Of a stretch of DNA of 64,000 bases, positions 12,426 through 25,830 are shown one piece after another. The number at the start of each line of letters is the position of its first letter. Positions within the stretch are counted from its first letter, which is position 1. This stretch comes from Octopus vulgaris. Its lineage: Eukaryota. The stretch is taken from the NCBI GenBank assembly GCA_951406725.2, contig OX597815.1:27776001-27840000 (forward strand). Direction: 5' to 3'. The position numbers and the translations under genes are program-made. The notes beneath the pieces were generated by a model. The model was not told the origin of the DNA, did no database searches, and worked only from the letters and a program-made list of their open reading frames with translations.

Positions 12426-12895
12426 TTTCTAAATAACATAAAAAATAACCAAAATCAAATAATAATGTCAAAACACACAAATCACAACAGAAATATTATG
12501 CACATGTCTACATTGTTTTACTCTAAAAGTGTGTTTATCACTAAGTGTCTTGAAGTACTATATTTCAGGTGTCCAAAAAAAGTGTGTCAACCCCCTGTGT
12601 TACCTAAACATCCCTCAACTCTGCTAACTTACAAGTTCCACAATGTATGGTATATATTGTTTAATTTTTCCACACTTGAAAATGTGTGCGTTTGTATCAA
12701 TAAAATTATATAGCTTTGTTTTTATCTTTTTTTGGCCAACAATTGTACAAGCCAGTTTTTTCGAATTTTTCACACTAGTGTAATAATACACATCCTTTCA
12801 CAACAAATTAGTGAGGTGAGGAATAATTAGATATTCCTAACCTGGGATTTTAAATAGATCTTCTTGTCTTCAAGAATACATTGATTCATCAAGAT

Positions 12896-13117
12896 CAGTC
12901 GTTCTCAACGTGAGTCCTTATAAGATTTTGGTAAAGTTTATGTGCAATAAACTGGTTTATATACTTCTACAATAAAACAAAATATTTTAATTTTTCTATA
13001 ATATTCCTAATAATATTCAAATATGAAAATACAATAAACTTTTTAAAACATAGAATGGAACTCGAGTAAAATAGGAATCAAAGAGATCCATAGCCAAAAA
13101 ATGGTTGAGAACAATTG
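12896..13117. mobile_element. hAT (Charlie-like) MITE, diverged
   Basis: TIRs cagtcgttctcaac / gttgagaacaattg, with imperfect 8-bp TSD atcaagat / atgtagat. Confidence 0.6.
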
Positions 13118-14240
13118 ATGTAGATATTTTCCAATGATTTAAAGGGACATTAATATACAATAGAAATTTATCGAAGGGAAATAATTAAAAGTTAAAATAT
13201 AGAATGCTGTTTATCTCCCTTACAAAAAAACCCTAGCTCATTAAAAAAAAAAAGGATCACGTAGAAGGCCGAATCGGGAAAGTGTGAGATAAACTGCAGA
13301 TTTAGTTGCGTTTCTTTATGTTCCGAGTTCAAATCATGATATGATTAACTTAACCAATCCCTTGCATCTATGTTAGAAATAATTATTAATAAGGCGGAAG
13401 GGAGAACTGGTAGCGTGTTAAGCAAAATATTTTACATTATTTTATTGCATCCCTTTACACATATTCCAAATATACATCGCATCAACCCTGCTTTTCAGGT
13501 TGATAAAGTACAAATAAATATGGTTAATAAATAGCCCACTTTTCCACAACTCGAAGGTTTGTTTCGAAGGTGCAAGTTATTAATATTAGCGTTGCATCCC
13601 CTATGAAAATGCATTTGTGTTGCACTTAATATTCAGTGACTGAATCCATATCTCCTAGCCAGAGTAGCTTTATCATGTTACTAATGCTAAAACACAAGCA
13701 AAAAATACAGCTACCACTCTCCTAAAAGTTTGATGCTTCGTGCCTATATCAGCAATAATTAATATTCTCATGAGTAATACACTGGCGCAGTGAACAGCTG
13801 CGAATTTGAGCCCAATATGATATTCATAGAGAAATTAAAAACAGCAAAAACCCTTCAATATTACTTCTTTTATGACTGTAATTAAAGATTTAAAAAAAAA
13901 TAATGAGTTACTAATGGATAAATTATGTCCTATAGTCATATAATACATATCATTAAATGGTGAGAGATGAAAAAAGAATCTAAACTGCTGTGCATATGTC
14001 AAGGAAGGTCTAAAAATTTGACAGATTCACTGTTCTAAACAAACTATAAAGAACTCATATGAAAAACAAAGGATAAAATAAAAAATCAGAATATAAATCA
14101 GAAAAAAAGATAAAATTACATTAAAAACAGTGTTTTAATGTAACAAGTTAAAAAGTTATATATATATATATATATTTATATTACAGAGATGTACTTGCAT
14201 AGCATGTGACCTGATCTGAGATCATGTGCTGAAACAAAAA

Positions 14241-14452
14241 CAATTGCAGCATGGAAGGTGTTTATAAGCCATTAAAAAAAACACAAAAACTGTTAGATTC
14301 ACTTCAACATTTAAATTTAATTTGTCAAAATATTTTCGTCACTTTGAAACCACAACGAAAATATTTTGACAAATTATATTGAAATGTTGAAGTGAATCTA
14401 ACAGTTTTTGTGTGTTTTTAAATGGCTATAAATAGCTTCCACACTGCAATTG
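14241..14452. repeat. Long inverted repeat (~99-bp arms, 15-nt loop) between (TA)n tracts
   Basis: 14241-14339 is the near reverse complement of 14355-14452. Confidence 0.9.
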
Positions 14453-14456
14453 CTAT

Positions 14457-14512
<56 letters not shown>

Positions 14513-17500
14513 TTTTATTCAGACTCCATGGTACTCTGAGTTTCAAGCTAATCTTCGGACACTGGGGTCTGAACCAGACCCCAATGGCTGAAGACTAACC
14601 ACACACTTGAAACTCAGAGTTTGAATCAAACTGTTTTGATCTATACTTGTAACTCTCAATAACTGTGTTGAGTACTCTTCTTTTGTTTGTCTATCCACTC
14701 TCTCTCTCTCTCTATATATATATATACATACATAGAGAGAGATACACACACAAATATATATAGCAACTTCAATTTGAGTATAAGGTAAGAATAGATATGC
14801 AGGTTATCATTGTCACATAAAAAGTAGGACCTACACTAAGTCTTAGTGCTTCACAGAACTCTACCTCAACCTTCTTCCATATAAAGTTCTTAAATTTATA
14901 TGAAAGAATGTTGCCGGTAGGGTCAAATTTGTTGATAGGGTCAGAGTTTAGACTATTTTAAAGGCTTTATTAAACTGAAGAAGAAAATATAGATAATGCT
15001 CAATTGAAATTCTACAAGTTGGTGATGATTGTGGTAGTGAAACAAATAGGTAGTTTCAAAAGAAAGCCATTATCAAGAATATGAGGTTTTAGACATGAGA
15101 AACAGAGACAGTGTTAGGAAGAAACGAATGGATCAAACTGGGTTGAATAAAGGACAGCACAGAGTAAGTTCAGAGGAATGCAAACTTTTATGTGGGAATC
15201 TGAAAGGCTGGTAACATAGCTCAATGTATATCACAAATTGATGAACATTGGTTTATTATGAAACAGGACAGGTTATTTGGTTTAGATCGGAAGAAAGACA
15301 CTTTCAATGTAATTTTATTAGGTGTTGTTTTATGATTAAATTGAATCTAATCAAAAATAGAAAACCTAAAATGAAGTTACAGATTTCATGTTTGAGTATT
15401 TGAAAAAATAAAATGATAACAATAACTTTACCAACACTACACAGCCTAAACTTTCATCCAGGTTATTTGTAAGATCAGAGTGTGCTTTACCCAATTATAA
15501 AGATTGTAATATGATTTCAAATTATGAGCTTACAGCCAATAGTCTTTACAAAATCCAAGTACTAACATATTTCAGCAACATTTGTTTCAGACTTAATTCT
15601 TAGCAATTTTATTGTGGAAGAGTCATGTTAGCATATTAGAAGTATGCATGCATTTATTAATCCCTCTCATTTTATTGTTTTTTCATAATGATATTATATA
15701 TTATTTTGGTATCAAAGTCTTTAATTTTACATCTACAACCCGGTCACTGATACTATACTTCACTGTATCTTTGCCACCTGAAGAATAAACTTCAGTTGAA
15801 TTATATTTTTGATGAAGTGTTGGAATTGAAAAACACAAAAAGTACATAAATCAACACAAAGTTAACACTATTTTATAAAGTCTGTTATGAAATCAACATT
15901 TACAAAGAGAACAAAGTTGTACCTGGTGATATCATAAATATAATTAGTGTAAATTTAAATGGGAAAATATGCAGTAAAACTAATGGCTATGTTGACAATA
16001 ATTAATGTTTAATTGCTAACTTTCACAATGATATATTAGTCCCAGTACTTTTAATAGCAAAAATGAAAAGATCTAATTGATTAGAATTTGCATAATAGAA
16101 AATGATTGTTCAACAAGTAAAGATGGGGCAGGAAACAATGATATCCAATGGCATTCTGTTGTCTATCTACTCACAAAAGAAATTCAGTTGCACGCCCATA
16201 AAGTTTTATTCCATTAAGTTTTCAGTTTCAAGATTTTACAAACAATCTTTGTGAAATTGAAGTCAATAATTTGGCATTACATTGAAACAGATGAAACGTT
16301 AATAAATTGGATCTCATGTTATTCATTTATGTAGGTAAGCTGAAGTAATGCAAATAAACACAAGAGTATTTAGAGGCTTAAAAAAAAAGTTTTGATCCAA
16401 AAATTCGGTGAAGATGAATTATCCAAATACACAGCTAGATCAGAAATAAGCGCAGAAATTACCGAGAAAAATATAATCTATAACTCATAATTATATATAC
16501 AAAAATAAATTAACTGATTGCTTTCTAGGAGGTCAGAGAACAAAACCCTATCTATTAGTGAAAGGTCAGAAAATAGTCATCAATCAGTCACCAGTAAAAA
16601 TGCATGGTTCCCGGGTTCCTGCAATCAATGAACTGTAATTACGGAGCAGAGATATGTTCAATTCAAAACAACTTATAGTTTACTGATCTTATCCTTTTCA
16701 CAAAAGCGTGTTTGGACGACTATTTGTTGGTATAAGTATCAAAAGTCAATTTAATAGGTAATTCACGTTAGAATACAAAAGTCACTGCTGATAAAGCAGT
16801 GGCTAAATTAGTTTTAAACACACACTGTAATTATGTAGAAAAAAAATTGTAATACAATTAAAGACCCACAAACACTATTTATGAAATATTTTAAACATTT
16901 TCTTTACAAATAAAGAAAAAGAAAAAATGATCATTACAAAACGAAACAAAACAAAAATTCTGTTTAAGGAGAGTTAGTTAAGCAAAAGTGGTTCAAACCA
17001 AGTGGACCGCAAATTGGCAGAATGACAAAAGAAAGCGATATAATCTAGTAACATTAGACATGTATTTAGCAGGTAGTCAAACTTAGAGAGAAAAAAGTTA
17101 TTTTTGACACCTAAGAAGCCAGTTCTTGTTCTCTGAAAGTCGTAACATACAAAAAAAATATTCCATGATATTTACATGACTAGGTCGAATATTTTAAAAA
17201 ACATTTTATAGGTTAAAGTTTGCTTGCGTGTTCCGAAATAAACCTACCTTTTAAAATCGGTATAAAGAATTAAAAATAAATAATTTTATGTTGACTAAAA
17301 CTATGCTAAGTTACAAAGGCTAATGACAGATGTCAAAACATGCTTTAAAAAAATAAAAAGAAAGCTTTCTTTCCAAAATAAACGTAAACATTATAAACAT
17401 CCATATTCTTCACTTCAAATATACATATTTTCGTTTAAAAGAAACTTACAGTAAATATACAGTACAAATTACCGAACTTTTAATTAACGTGTAGTTAATT

Positions 17501-18722
17501 GACAAGCACTGCATTTTATATAATAATATATCTAATGTCAAAAAGAGATCGCACAGAAGAATTGGAAGATATCCTAGAATAATGATTCTGATTCAGTTAA
17601 GTTTCGCTGATTTAAACCAAAATAAGTTATAATTAAATTTACTTGTTACATGAGAGAAACATAACAGCGACTATTAAAGACCGTAGTGAAAAGTTACCCG
17701 TAGAAGTTGTAGAATAAATTGCATTTAACTAAATATACACTTCCGTATTAAAAACTTAGAGTTACATAACGGGAAACGGGTTACCAACATTACTGATTTG
17801 ATATAGTGATGTAACCAAACAGTTATTAAGTAATTTCATTGGCACCTAATAGAAATGTTAAGACAAATTTTGGCGTGGTTTATTTACATCCATAAACATC
17901 AATGAATCGGACAGAGTTCAACAAAATAAACGCCAAACGTGTGTCTAAAAACAACAACAATGTAAGGAGAAACTGTGTTCCAATACGTGGGTATAATAAA
18001 TAAACTGCAAAACATTATAAACTCATAATATTTGGATATACAAAGCACACAAACGTAATACTCTTGCGATGCGATCCGACTACTGCACGTTGTTATTTGC
18101 ATTCACAGTCGACTTTATAAGCGACAATAACATATAAAAATTTTGTAAATACCTGGTAAGACAAGTAGATATACTGCAGTGTTGTGCATATCACAAAAAA
18201 ATGTTAAACACATGTTTTACATCTCAGTAAAGGGCTATCGATCTAGCTGGGATTCAAAATGCCACCATGTTGCTTTGAAATACAAAATAGACTATCTTTG
18301 GTTTCGTAATATTAAAGAGTCCTTCCTATAGTGGAGAGATAGTAAACAGGACGGCTAACGGACTACACCTACTGAATGCCACATGCTGCATTTTACAGTC
18401 AACTTGACCTAGATCTAACTCTCAATAGGGGATAAGACAAGTGATACGCAGTAATACAATTGGAAATAAATACTAATTGCTCCTTGCATAAATATGAAAC
18501 CTAATATACCCAGAGAATGGGAAATGCTAAGCTATGTACAGTTCGAGTATTTTCAAAACCATTAACAGTGGAAGTGAAATAAAATTGGTTCTATCTGGAA
18601 TCGAACCTGGTTTTAGTAATTGAACTGTTGATAGCTTACCTCTTATTCAACAGTTATTATTATTATTCCTAACATTGAAATAATTATTTTATCAAGATCT
18701 TAATGTTACTTAATTTTATAAG

Positions 18723-18767
18723 GATGCTTTTCCTCAAGGACATTACTGACGTAGATAAACTGAAATG
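18723..18767 (+). CDS. Candidate exon of unidentified small protein (MLFLKDITDVDKLK-W)
   Basis: Acceptor ttttataag and donor TG|gtaaga. Splices in frame (phase 2) to 19025. Confidence 0.4.
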
Positions 18768-19024
18768 GTAAGAAGTCAGGAATCGAAAACAGGTCGTTAA
18801 CTTTATTCGTTCGGATGTTACGTCTCCCCGACGACGACCACCACAATAATTACGATTATACCAATAGATTATATATATTTTGTCGCCAGTTATCCAGTAA
18901 ACTGTTTAATATTTGCCTATTTTTAAGTTTACATACAGCTTTCAAAATAAAATTTTAAATATATTTGGCTATCTCATTAAAACCTGATGTTTATCGATCC
19001 TGTGTATTTGAATGTATTTCATAG

Positions 19025-19160
19025 GATCAAAAACTATCACTTACAGATAGAGTACTCACCAAAAGACGTGAAGTTTGTTGACCTCCCCATTGATATACTT
19101 AACTTCGAACCAACGTACGAAACTCGAATCCAGGAGAAAAAGTTACTAAACACACAGTGA
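19025..19160 (+). CDS. Candidate terminal coding exon (IKNYHLQIEYSPKDVKFVDLPIDILNFEPTYETRIQEKKLLNTQ*)
   Basis: Acceptor gtatttcatag. 44 open codons of protein-like composition, in frame with 18723-18767. Non-repetitive, CpG-retaining region. Confidence 0.4.
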
Positions 19161-19770
19161 TTGTCTTTTTACATAGGTCTAAGACTCTTCTATAAATTGT
19201 CATTGTGTACAAGTCATATATTCTTAATAATCGACTTAAATATTTTATAGGCAACAACAATAACCTTTACTATTTCTGTTGTAATTGTTATTGTCGTTTA
19301 AATTAGTATTTTAAGTTTCTTCTTTACTGACTACTATATTATTATTATTTATGGTATTTAAATGTAACGTTATATTTTCCTGTGACTTTTTCTCTAACCA
19401 AAATTGTGACTTTGTTGTGATTTATTTCCATTCACCCGTAACCCATATGAGGTCGATCGAGCTGCTATAAATAGCAATCCATTCTGTGTCGAATCACACC
19501 CTACTATCCTAAAACACACACTGGATAATGTAGTCTTAGGTACACTATGGCTGATAAGGACGGAATGGTCAAAGCAAGAAGGCTGCTTACAAAAGGTTTG
19601 CTCCATTAATCTTGTTCCCAGCTGGAAAACGATTGTTTGACTTGCTAAAATAGCAGTCAGATTTCCCTCAACCGACTCATTAATGTCTTAAAAAAAAAAA
19701 CTACATCAGATAATACTCAAGATGCACTGTACTTGGGATAAATATAGGGTGGTTATGGCTTGAATATCTT

Positions 19771-20085
19771 TACGCCGGGCGAAATGCTTAGCAGTATTTC
19801 GTCTGCCGTCACGTTCTGAGTTCAAATTCCGCCGAGGTCGACTTTGCCTTTCATCCTTTCGGGGTCGATAAATTAAGTACCAGTTGCGCACTGAGGTCGA
19901 TGTAATCAACTTAATCCGTTTGTCTGTCCTTATTTGTCCCCTCTGTGTGTAGCCCCTTGTGGGTAGTAAGGAAATAGGTATTTCGTCTGCCGTTACGTTC
20001 TGAGTTCAAATTCCGCTGAGGTCGACTTTGCCTTTCATCCTTTCGGGGTCGATTAAATAAGTACCAGTTACGCACTGGAATCGAT
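19771..20085 (+). mobile_element. SINE family C, head-to-tail partial dimer
   Basis: gtatttcgtctgccg...gagttcaaattccgc.gaggtcgactttgcctttcatcctttcggggtcga occurs twice (19794, 19978). Confidence 0.85.
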
Positions 20086-20711
20086 CATATAAAAAATTCG
20101 GGACTTGTGCCAAGAGTAGAAAAAAAATTTTTGTAGGCTTGGTTAGTCAGGGGTTTTGTTGGACTAAACAACTACAACTGCAGGAGGCAGTGTTCTTCAG
20201 CCTGGAATGTTAAGATTTATTTCAAGGGATGTTGAGAATTAAAATTAAATTTCACCTGCCTTTGTACACTTCTAAGTAAGATTTAAAGTGGGTGCTGGCT
20301 GATTCCTCTTGTCATCAAAGAGATGCTAGAGTAACAAAATTGAGGAAACACTGCTCTTCCCAGTCGTTCAAGCTGCTCAGAATAGCAGCTAATCACATCT
20401 GTCATCTTGTGAAGATGCAAAACTGCTATTATTAATATTTCATCATACAAATATATCATAGTACATGCTTTTTGTGTTTGACCTATTAGATGACTGAGAC
20501 TTCCAAAATGTAAATTTGACTAATTTATTAATCTCTGAATACTACAATATTGCCAGTTGGATTTGAATTAGTGCTGACTGATCCTGTCCTTATTGAAATA
20601 TGGGTAAAATGTTTTGCTGGCAATACTAGAACAAAAATATTGAAGGATAATGAGGAATATAAGGATCCAAAGAAAATAACATATTTTTGTTGTGAAAATC
20701 AAAATCGATCA

Positions 20712-21052
20712 ACATCAATGGAAATTGTAGCTGTGATACTAGTGCCGGAGGCACGTAAGAGAACCATCCAAACGTGGCCGTTGCCAGCACCACCCCGACT
20801 GGCCTCTGTGCCAGTGGCATGTAAAAATCACCCTCTGATTGTGGCCGTTTGCCAGCCTCGTCTGGCACCTGTGCTGGTGGCACGTAAAAAGCACTCACTA
20901 CACTCACGGAGTGGTTGGCTTTAGGAAGGGCATCCAACTGTAGAAACACTGCCAGATCAGACTGGGCTTGGTGCAGCCTCCTGGCTTCCCAGACCCCAGT
21001 TGAACCGTCCAACCCATGCTAGCATGGAAAGTGGATGTATGATGATGATGAT
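20712..21052 (+). mobile_element. SINE-like family B
   Basis: Family B body and (GAT)n tail. Confidence 0.85.
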
Positions 21053-21329
21053 GTTAATGTATTGAAGCTATCCAAAACAATTAAAAGACCTGTGTTTCAA
21101 TAAAGTACATGAAACAATAATGAATAATGTGAAATTGAGAAAGAAATAGATCATTGTAGACTGAACCAAGTTTATGTCTCTGCATAAAGACTTCATTTTA
21201 AAATTACTGTATTATCTTCAAGATAAGTCTAAATATTGTGTGTTTAATAAGCTCAGTCAAAATGATCGAATTTAAGAGGAATTAACGTAAAGGAGATGTA
21301 ATAAAACCATATATCCTATAGATAAAAAT

Positions 21330-21470
21330 ACCACTCTCCTGATGTAATCTCCAGGGATACAGGCATCCAGCAGCAAGACCTCTGTAATGCTATGATGGAC
21401 CATGAAGTCTGGCGTAGCATGGTAAATTCCATTGTCTCGACCACGGTTGAACAATGATGATGATGATGAG
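21330..21470 (+). mobile_element. RTE-like LINE 3' end
   Basis: Translates PDVISRDTGIQQQDLCNAMMDHEVWRSMV (M.DR..WR C-terminal motif of RTE-like ORFs), followed by a (TGA)n tail. Confidence 0.6.
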
Positions 21471-21764
21471 GGTAATGAACATTAGAAGTATACTGAGATG
21501 GGCCTTGCAGCTCATAGCATTTTCATATCACATATGTTAAAGGAAATATTCCTCACATCAATATACTCTCACAATTATGTTTTAGATTGCAACAAAAGAC
21601 ATTAGTTTGGATAATGTTGATAAATTCATACCCTGGATAGGAACTGACTAATTGCATCTTGATTGATTAGCTTCAGTTACTGGGCAAAATCCTTTCCAGA
21701 ATGCAAAGGAGTGTCTGAAGTAACAGGTCCAATGCTGAAAGACTCTATAAGCATGTTAAACATA

Positions 21765-22155
21765 GGCTTAGGAGTGGCTGTGTGGTAAGTAGCTTGCTTA
21801 CGAACCACATGGTTCCGGGTTCAGTCCTACTACGCGGCACCTTGGGCAAGTGTCTTCTACTATGGCCTCGGGCCAACCAAAGCCTTGTGAGTGGATTTGG
21901 TAGACGGAAACTGAAAGAAGCTCGTCATATATATGTATGTATGTGTGTATATGTTTGTGTGTCTGTGTTTGTCTCCCTAACATCACTTGACAACCGATGC
22001 TGGTGTGTTTACGTCCCCGTAACTTAGCTGTTCGGCAAAGAGACCGATAGAATAAGTACTAGGCTTACAAAGAATAAGTTCTGGGGTCGATTTGCTCGAC
22101 TAAAGGCAGTGCTCCAGCATGGCCACAGTCAAATGACTGAAACAAGTAATGAGAG
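21765..22155 (+). mobile_element. SINE family A
   Basis: Full-length match to 2461-2855. Confidence 0.9.
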
Positions 22156-22654
22156 TATAGATTAACAACATTTTTCACAATGGTGATTTTACTGTTCTCC
22201 AAATGTGTCTAGGCAGAAAATCATTAAAATGCGTTTGTGATGATATCTATTGTGGCATTACCGATTCATGCTGCTTGAAGTTTGGTGGCCTGGCTATTCA
22301 TGTGATATCAAGGACTAGGAATGCAAACAGTTTTCTGTGACAAAGAACAAGGATTATCATGAAATTCCATTATACAGCCTGACACTGAGGTCATGGGTTC
22401 ATCATTCCAAGAGAGAATTGCTTGTAACACCTGTTTTATGATTGAGCTCTTCCTTCAGGAACACAATTAACCTCTGGCCATCCTGTAAAAAAATCCATTA
22501 AAACATGCATTAATCCAGTACTACTAACATAGACCTGATTCAAATGTATGTGAGTCCTCAGGTCACATATAAAGCCTATCCATTTGAAAATTATTTGTTA
22601 CAGAAAACTGTTTGCATCCCTAGCTGCTTTACTAACAAAATATTGCCATTTATA

Positions 22655-22815
22655 GGCGCACGAGTGGCTGTGTGGTAAGTAGCTTGCTTACAAACCACAT
22701 GGTTCCAGGTTCAGTCCCACTGCATGGCACCTTGGGCAAGTGTGTTCTACTATAGCCTCGGGCCAACCAAAGCCTTGTGAGTGGATTTGATAGATGGAAA
22801 CTGAAAGAAGCTTGT

Positions 22816-22872
<57 letters not shown>

Positions 22873-23095
22873 GTGTGTGTATATGTTTGTGTGTCTGTGT
22901 TTGTCCCCCAACATCGCTTGACAACCGATGCTGGTGTGTTTATGTCCCTGTAACTTAGTGGTTCGGCAAAAGAGACCGATAGAATAAGTACTAGGCTTAC
23001 AAAGAATAAGTTTTAGGGTTGATTTGCTCGACTAAAGGTGGTGCTCCAGCATGGCCGCAGTCAAATGACTGAAACAAGTAAAAAGAAAAAAAAGA
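22655..23095 (+). mobile_element. SINE family A with expanded (TA)n
   Basis: Full-length match; (TA)n at 22817-22860. Confidence 0.9.
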
Positions 23096-24032
23096 AAATT
23101 TAAAAAGCCATTGTGAAGTGGATTGCTTAAACAATTAAAATGGGATTAAAGATGTTCTTTTTCCCTCCATAGAAAAAAGTTCGAGTTAGTTTTACCTCGA
23201 CTATTGCTCATGTAAGACTCCTCACATGAAGAGGTTTGAAATTCTTTATTTTGATGGGATGTCTGTATCCCATTCCACAGATCAGCACATTGGAGATAAA
23301 AAGAATAGTGTGTTAGATCTCAGAAGTGACAAACTTTGTGATACAAGTTGGAAACAACACTGCTATACTTTGCAAAGAATGGGATTGGAATTTTGGTTCA
23401 TGAAACTAAATCAAGTCTAAACTCAAGCTACTTGACAGAACCAAGTATGAGACAAAAGTGGTGATTTGGTCATTTACCTAGTGGTATCTCCTCTGCTATA
23501 AGAAGTCCTGTAACGATGACGTGAAACAACAGAATTGAACCTATAGTGAAGGTATTCTTGAAAATATTTGATCTACTCAGGTTATAAAGTCCTTAAGTTT
23601 TAAGGAGATGTGAAGATGATAGTATTATAGCAAGGAGTGAAACCATTACTATGGATATTGTATATTGAGAATGATATATATTATGCATATAATTAAGTTA
23701 ATACTGATCATGTTTATATTTAAGGTGGTATTTATTCCAAAGTAGTTCAACTTTCAGTTCATTGAAACTTCTGAATATAAAGGATTTCATGTGATCAGGA
23801 AAATATTTGTTAAACTCTATGTAGACATGGCATTATCAAAAGAGGGATGCATTGGTTTACATAGTCCTAAAAATGCTATGGCTAATAATAAGATAGGATG
23901 GTCACGGATGGAACCCTTTTATTATAAGTCTGGTAGGTTTTGATTAACTTATTTTAAAAGGAAAATACCAGTATTCTCTGTAGTAGTATGCAATTTGAGA
24001 GAGTTTGTGTATGTTTTTGATAATTTTTAATA

Positions 24033-24370
24033 GGTGCAGGAGTGGCTGTGTGGTAAGTAGATTGCTTACCAACCACATGGTTCTGGGTTCAGTCCCACTG
24101 CGTGGCATCTTGGGCAAGTGTTTTCTACTATATCCTCGGGCTGACCAAAGCCTTGTGAGTAGATTTGGTAGACGGAAACTGAAAGAAGCCCGTCGTATAT
24201 ATGTATATATGTGTGTGTTTGTCCCCTTAGCATTGCTTGACAACTGATGTTGGTGTGTTTCTGTCCCTATAACTTAGCAGTTCAGCAAAAGAAACCAATA
24301 GAATAAGTACTAGGCTTATAAAGAATAAATCCCGGGGTTAATTTGCTCGACTGAAACAAGTAAAAGAGTA
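24033..24370 (+). mobile_element. SINE family A
   Basis: Family match with an internal deletion near the 3' end. Confidence 0.85.
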
Positions 24371-25619
24371 AAATGAGTAAATAAATGGATAACAATAGTC
24401 TATTTATTTTGTATATTATATTTTTAATTAATAAATTTAATCATCTCCACTTGGAGGTTAAATAACAATAGTTGGGAATATGCAGAAAAATCATCATTTG
24501 TGCTTAATGATTGAAATTATAACATTATGCTACAACCATATACATAGCAAGATTATTACCTAAGGAAACGCTTTAATGAGTCTGCCTTTATATTATGTGA
24601 ATGAGAAATGTCATTGATTAAAAGAAATAAGTGAAATAATAAACCGATATAACAGCTTAAAGTAGAAATGATTTAGCGACCCTCTATCTAGTTAAATCAC
24701 AATAAATATAGGAGACACTTAACTTAAGATGGTCATTGCTCAGGAACAAACAATAAATTAAAATATTCCATTTATAGTCTTAGTCATCTATTATAATCCC
24801 ATTCACACCATGAATGCTTTATAGGAATATTAAATCAACCCAGTACTTGACTGGTGCATTATTTTATCAACTCTGGAAAGATGAAAAACAAAGACCTTCT
24901 CAAGAATTTCTTGAATAAATAACAGTAAATAATATGTGTTTATTTCTTCAGTTAATTATAAGTGTTATATAGATGAGAGAGGATATTTTAAAAATTGACA
25001 TAGAAAGTAACAGATAGTCTTAAACTTGTTTCAGTCATTCAACTGTACACATACGGGGACACCATATTGAAATGTTATTGATTATATTGATCTGATATTG
25101 ACTGGTACTTTTTTTTTTATCAATATTAGAAGGATAAAATGCAAAACTCAACCTGGACAGCATTTGAATTCAGAACGGAAAGGGATGCAATTCAAGACCA
25201 CATAGTATTTTGATCAATGATCTACCAATTCTGCAATCCATAGATCTATAACCAATTCTGCTACTCATATCTATAACCAATTATCAATACATAATAAATG
25301 CTACTAACACTGCTCAGATTTTTTTCTTTTGTGTAATACTTCAAAGAAATAATGTAAAGTGAGGTAGGAGGTTTTCTTAAGTATAAGTCAATAAATCATT
25401 GTATTATTAATATACAAGGGAGCATTAAATATTTTCCACTTGACAAAAAAATGTTAAATGACAAAAAAATGTTAATCCGGCCATATCCAGCCCAAAGGTT
25501 CACACCTTCCTTACTATGTTATTCTAAAACTAAACAATCACATCATTGAAATATCAAAGCTACATGATAATACATGATTAATTCAAAACAATGTGAATAA
25601 ATAAGCATTACATTTGAAA

Positions 25620-25830
25620 GAGTTGTGGTTTCAATTCCTGGACCGAGCGACGTGTTGTGTTCTTGAGCAAGACACTTCATTTCACGTTGCTCCAATCTAA
25701 TCAGCTGGCATAAATGAGTAACGCTGCGATGGACTGGCATCCCATCCAGCTGGGGAACACATACGCCATTGAAACCAGGAAACCAGACCCATGAGCCTGG
25801 CTAGGCTTTAAAAGGGCGTATTTATTTTTT
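25620..25830 (+). mobile_element. SINE family D (5'-truncated) adjoining a piggyBac-like MITE fragment (25476-25617)
   Basis: Matches 4683-4870. The preceding sequence matches the 63439-63667 MITE. Confidence 0.75.

Noticed and set aside
18261-18278. Perfect Kozak GCCACCATG
   Set aside because: Followed by a stop after three codons (ATG TTG CTT TGA).
18586-18650. tRNA-like sequence on the minus strand (GGTTCGATTCC...ACCA)
   Set aside because: Only the B-box/T-arm is recognisable; no cloverleaf or anticodon arm.
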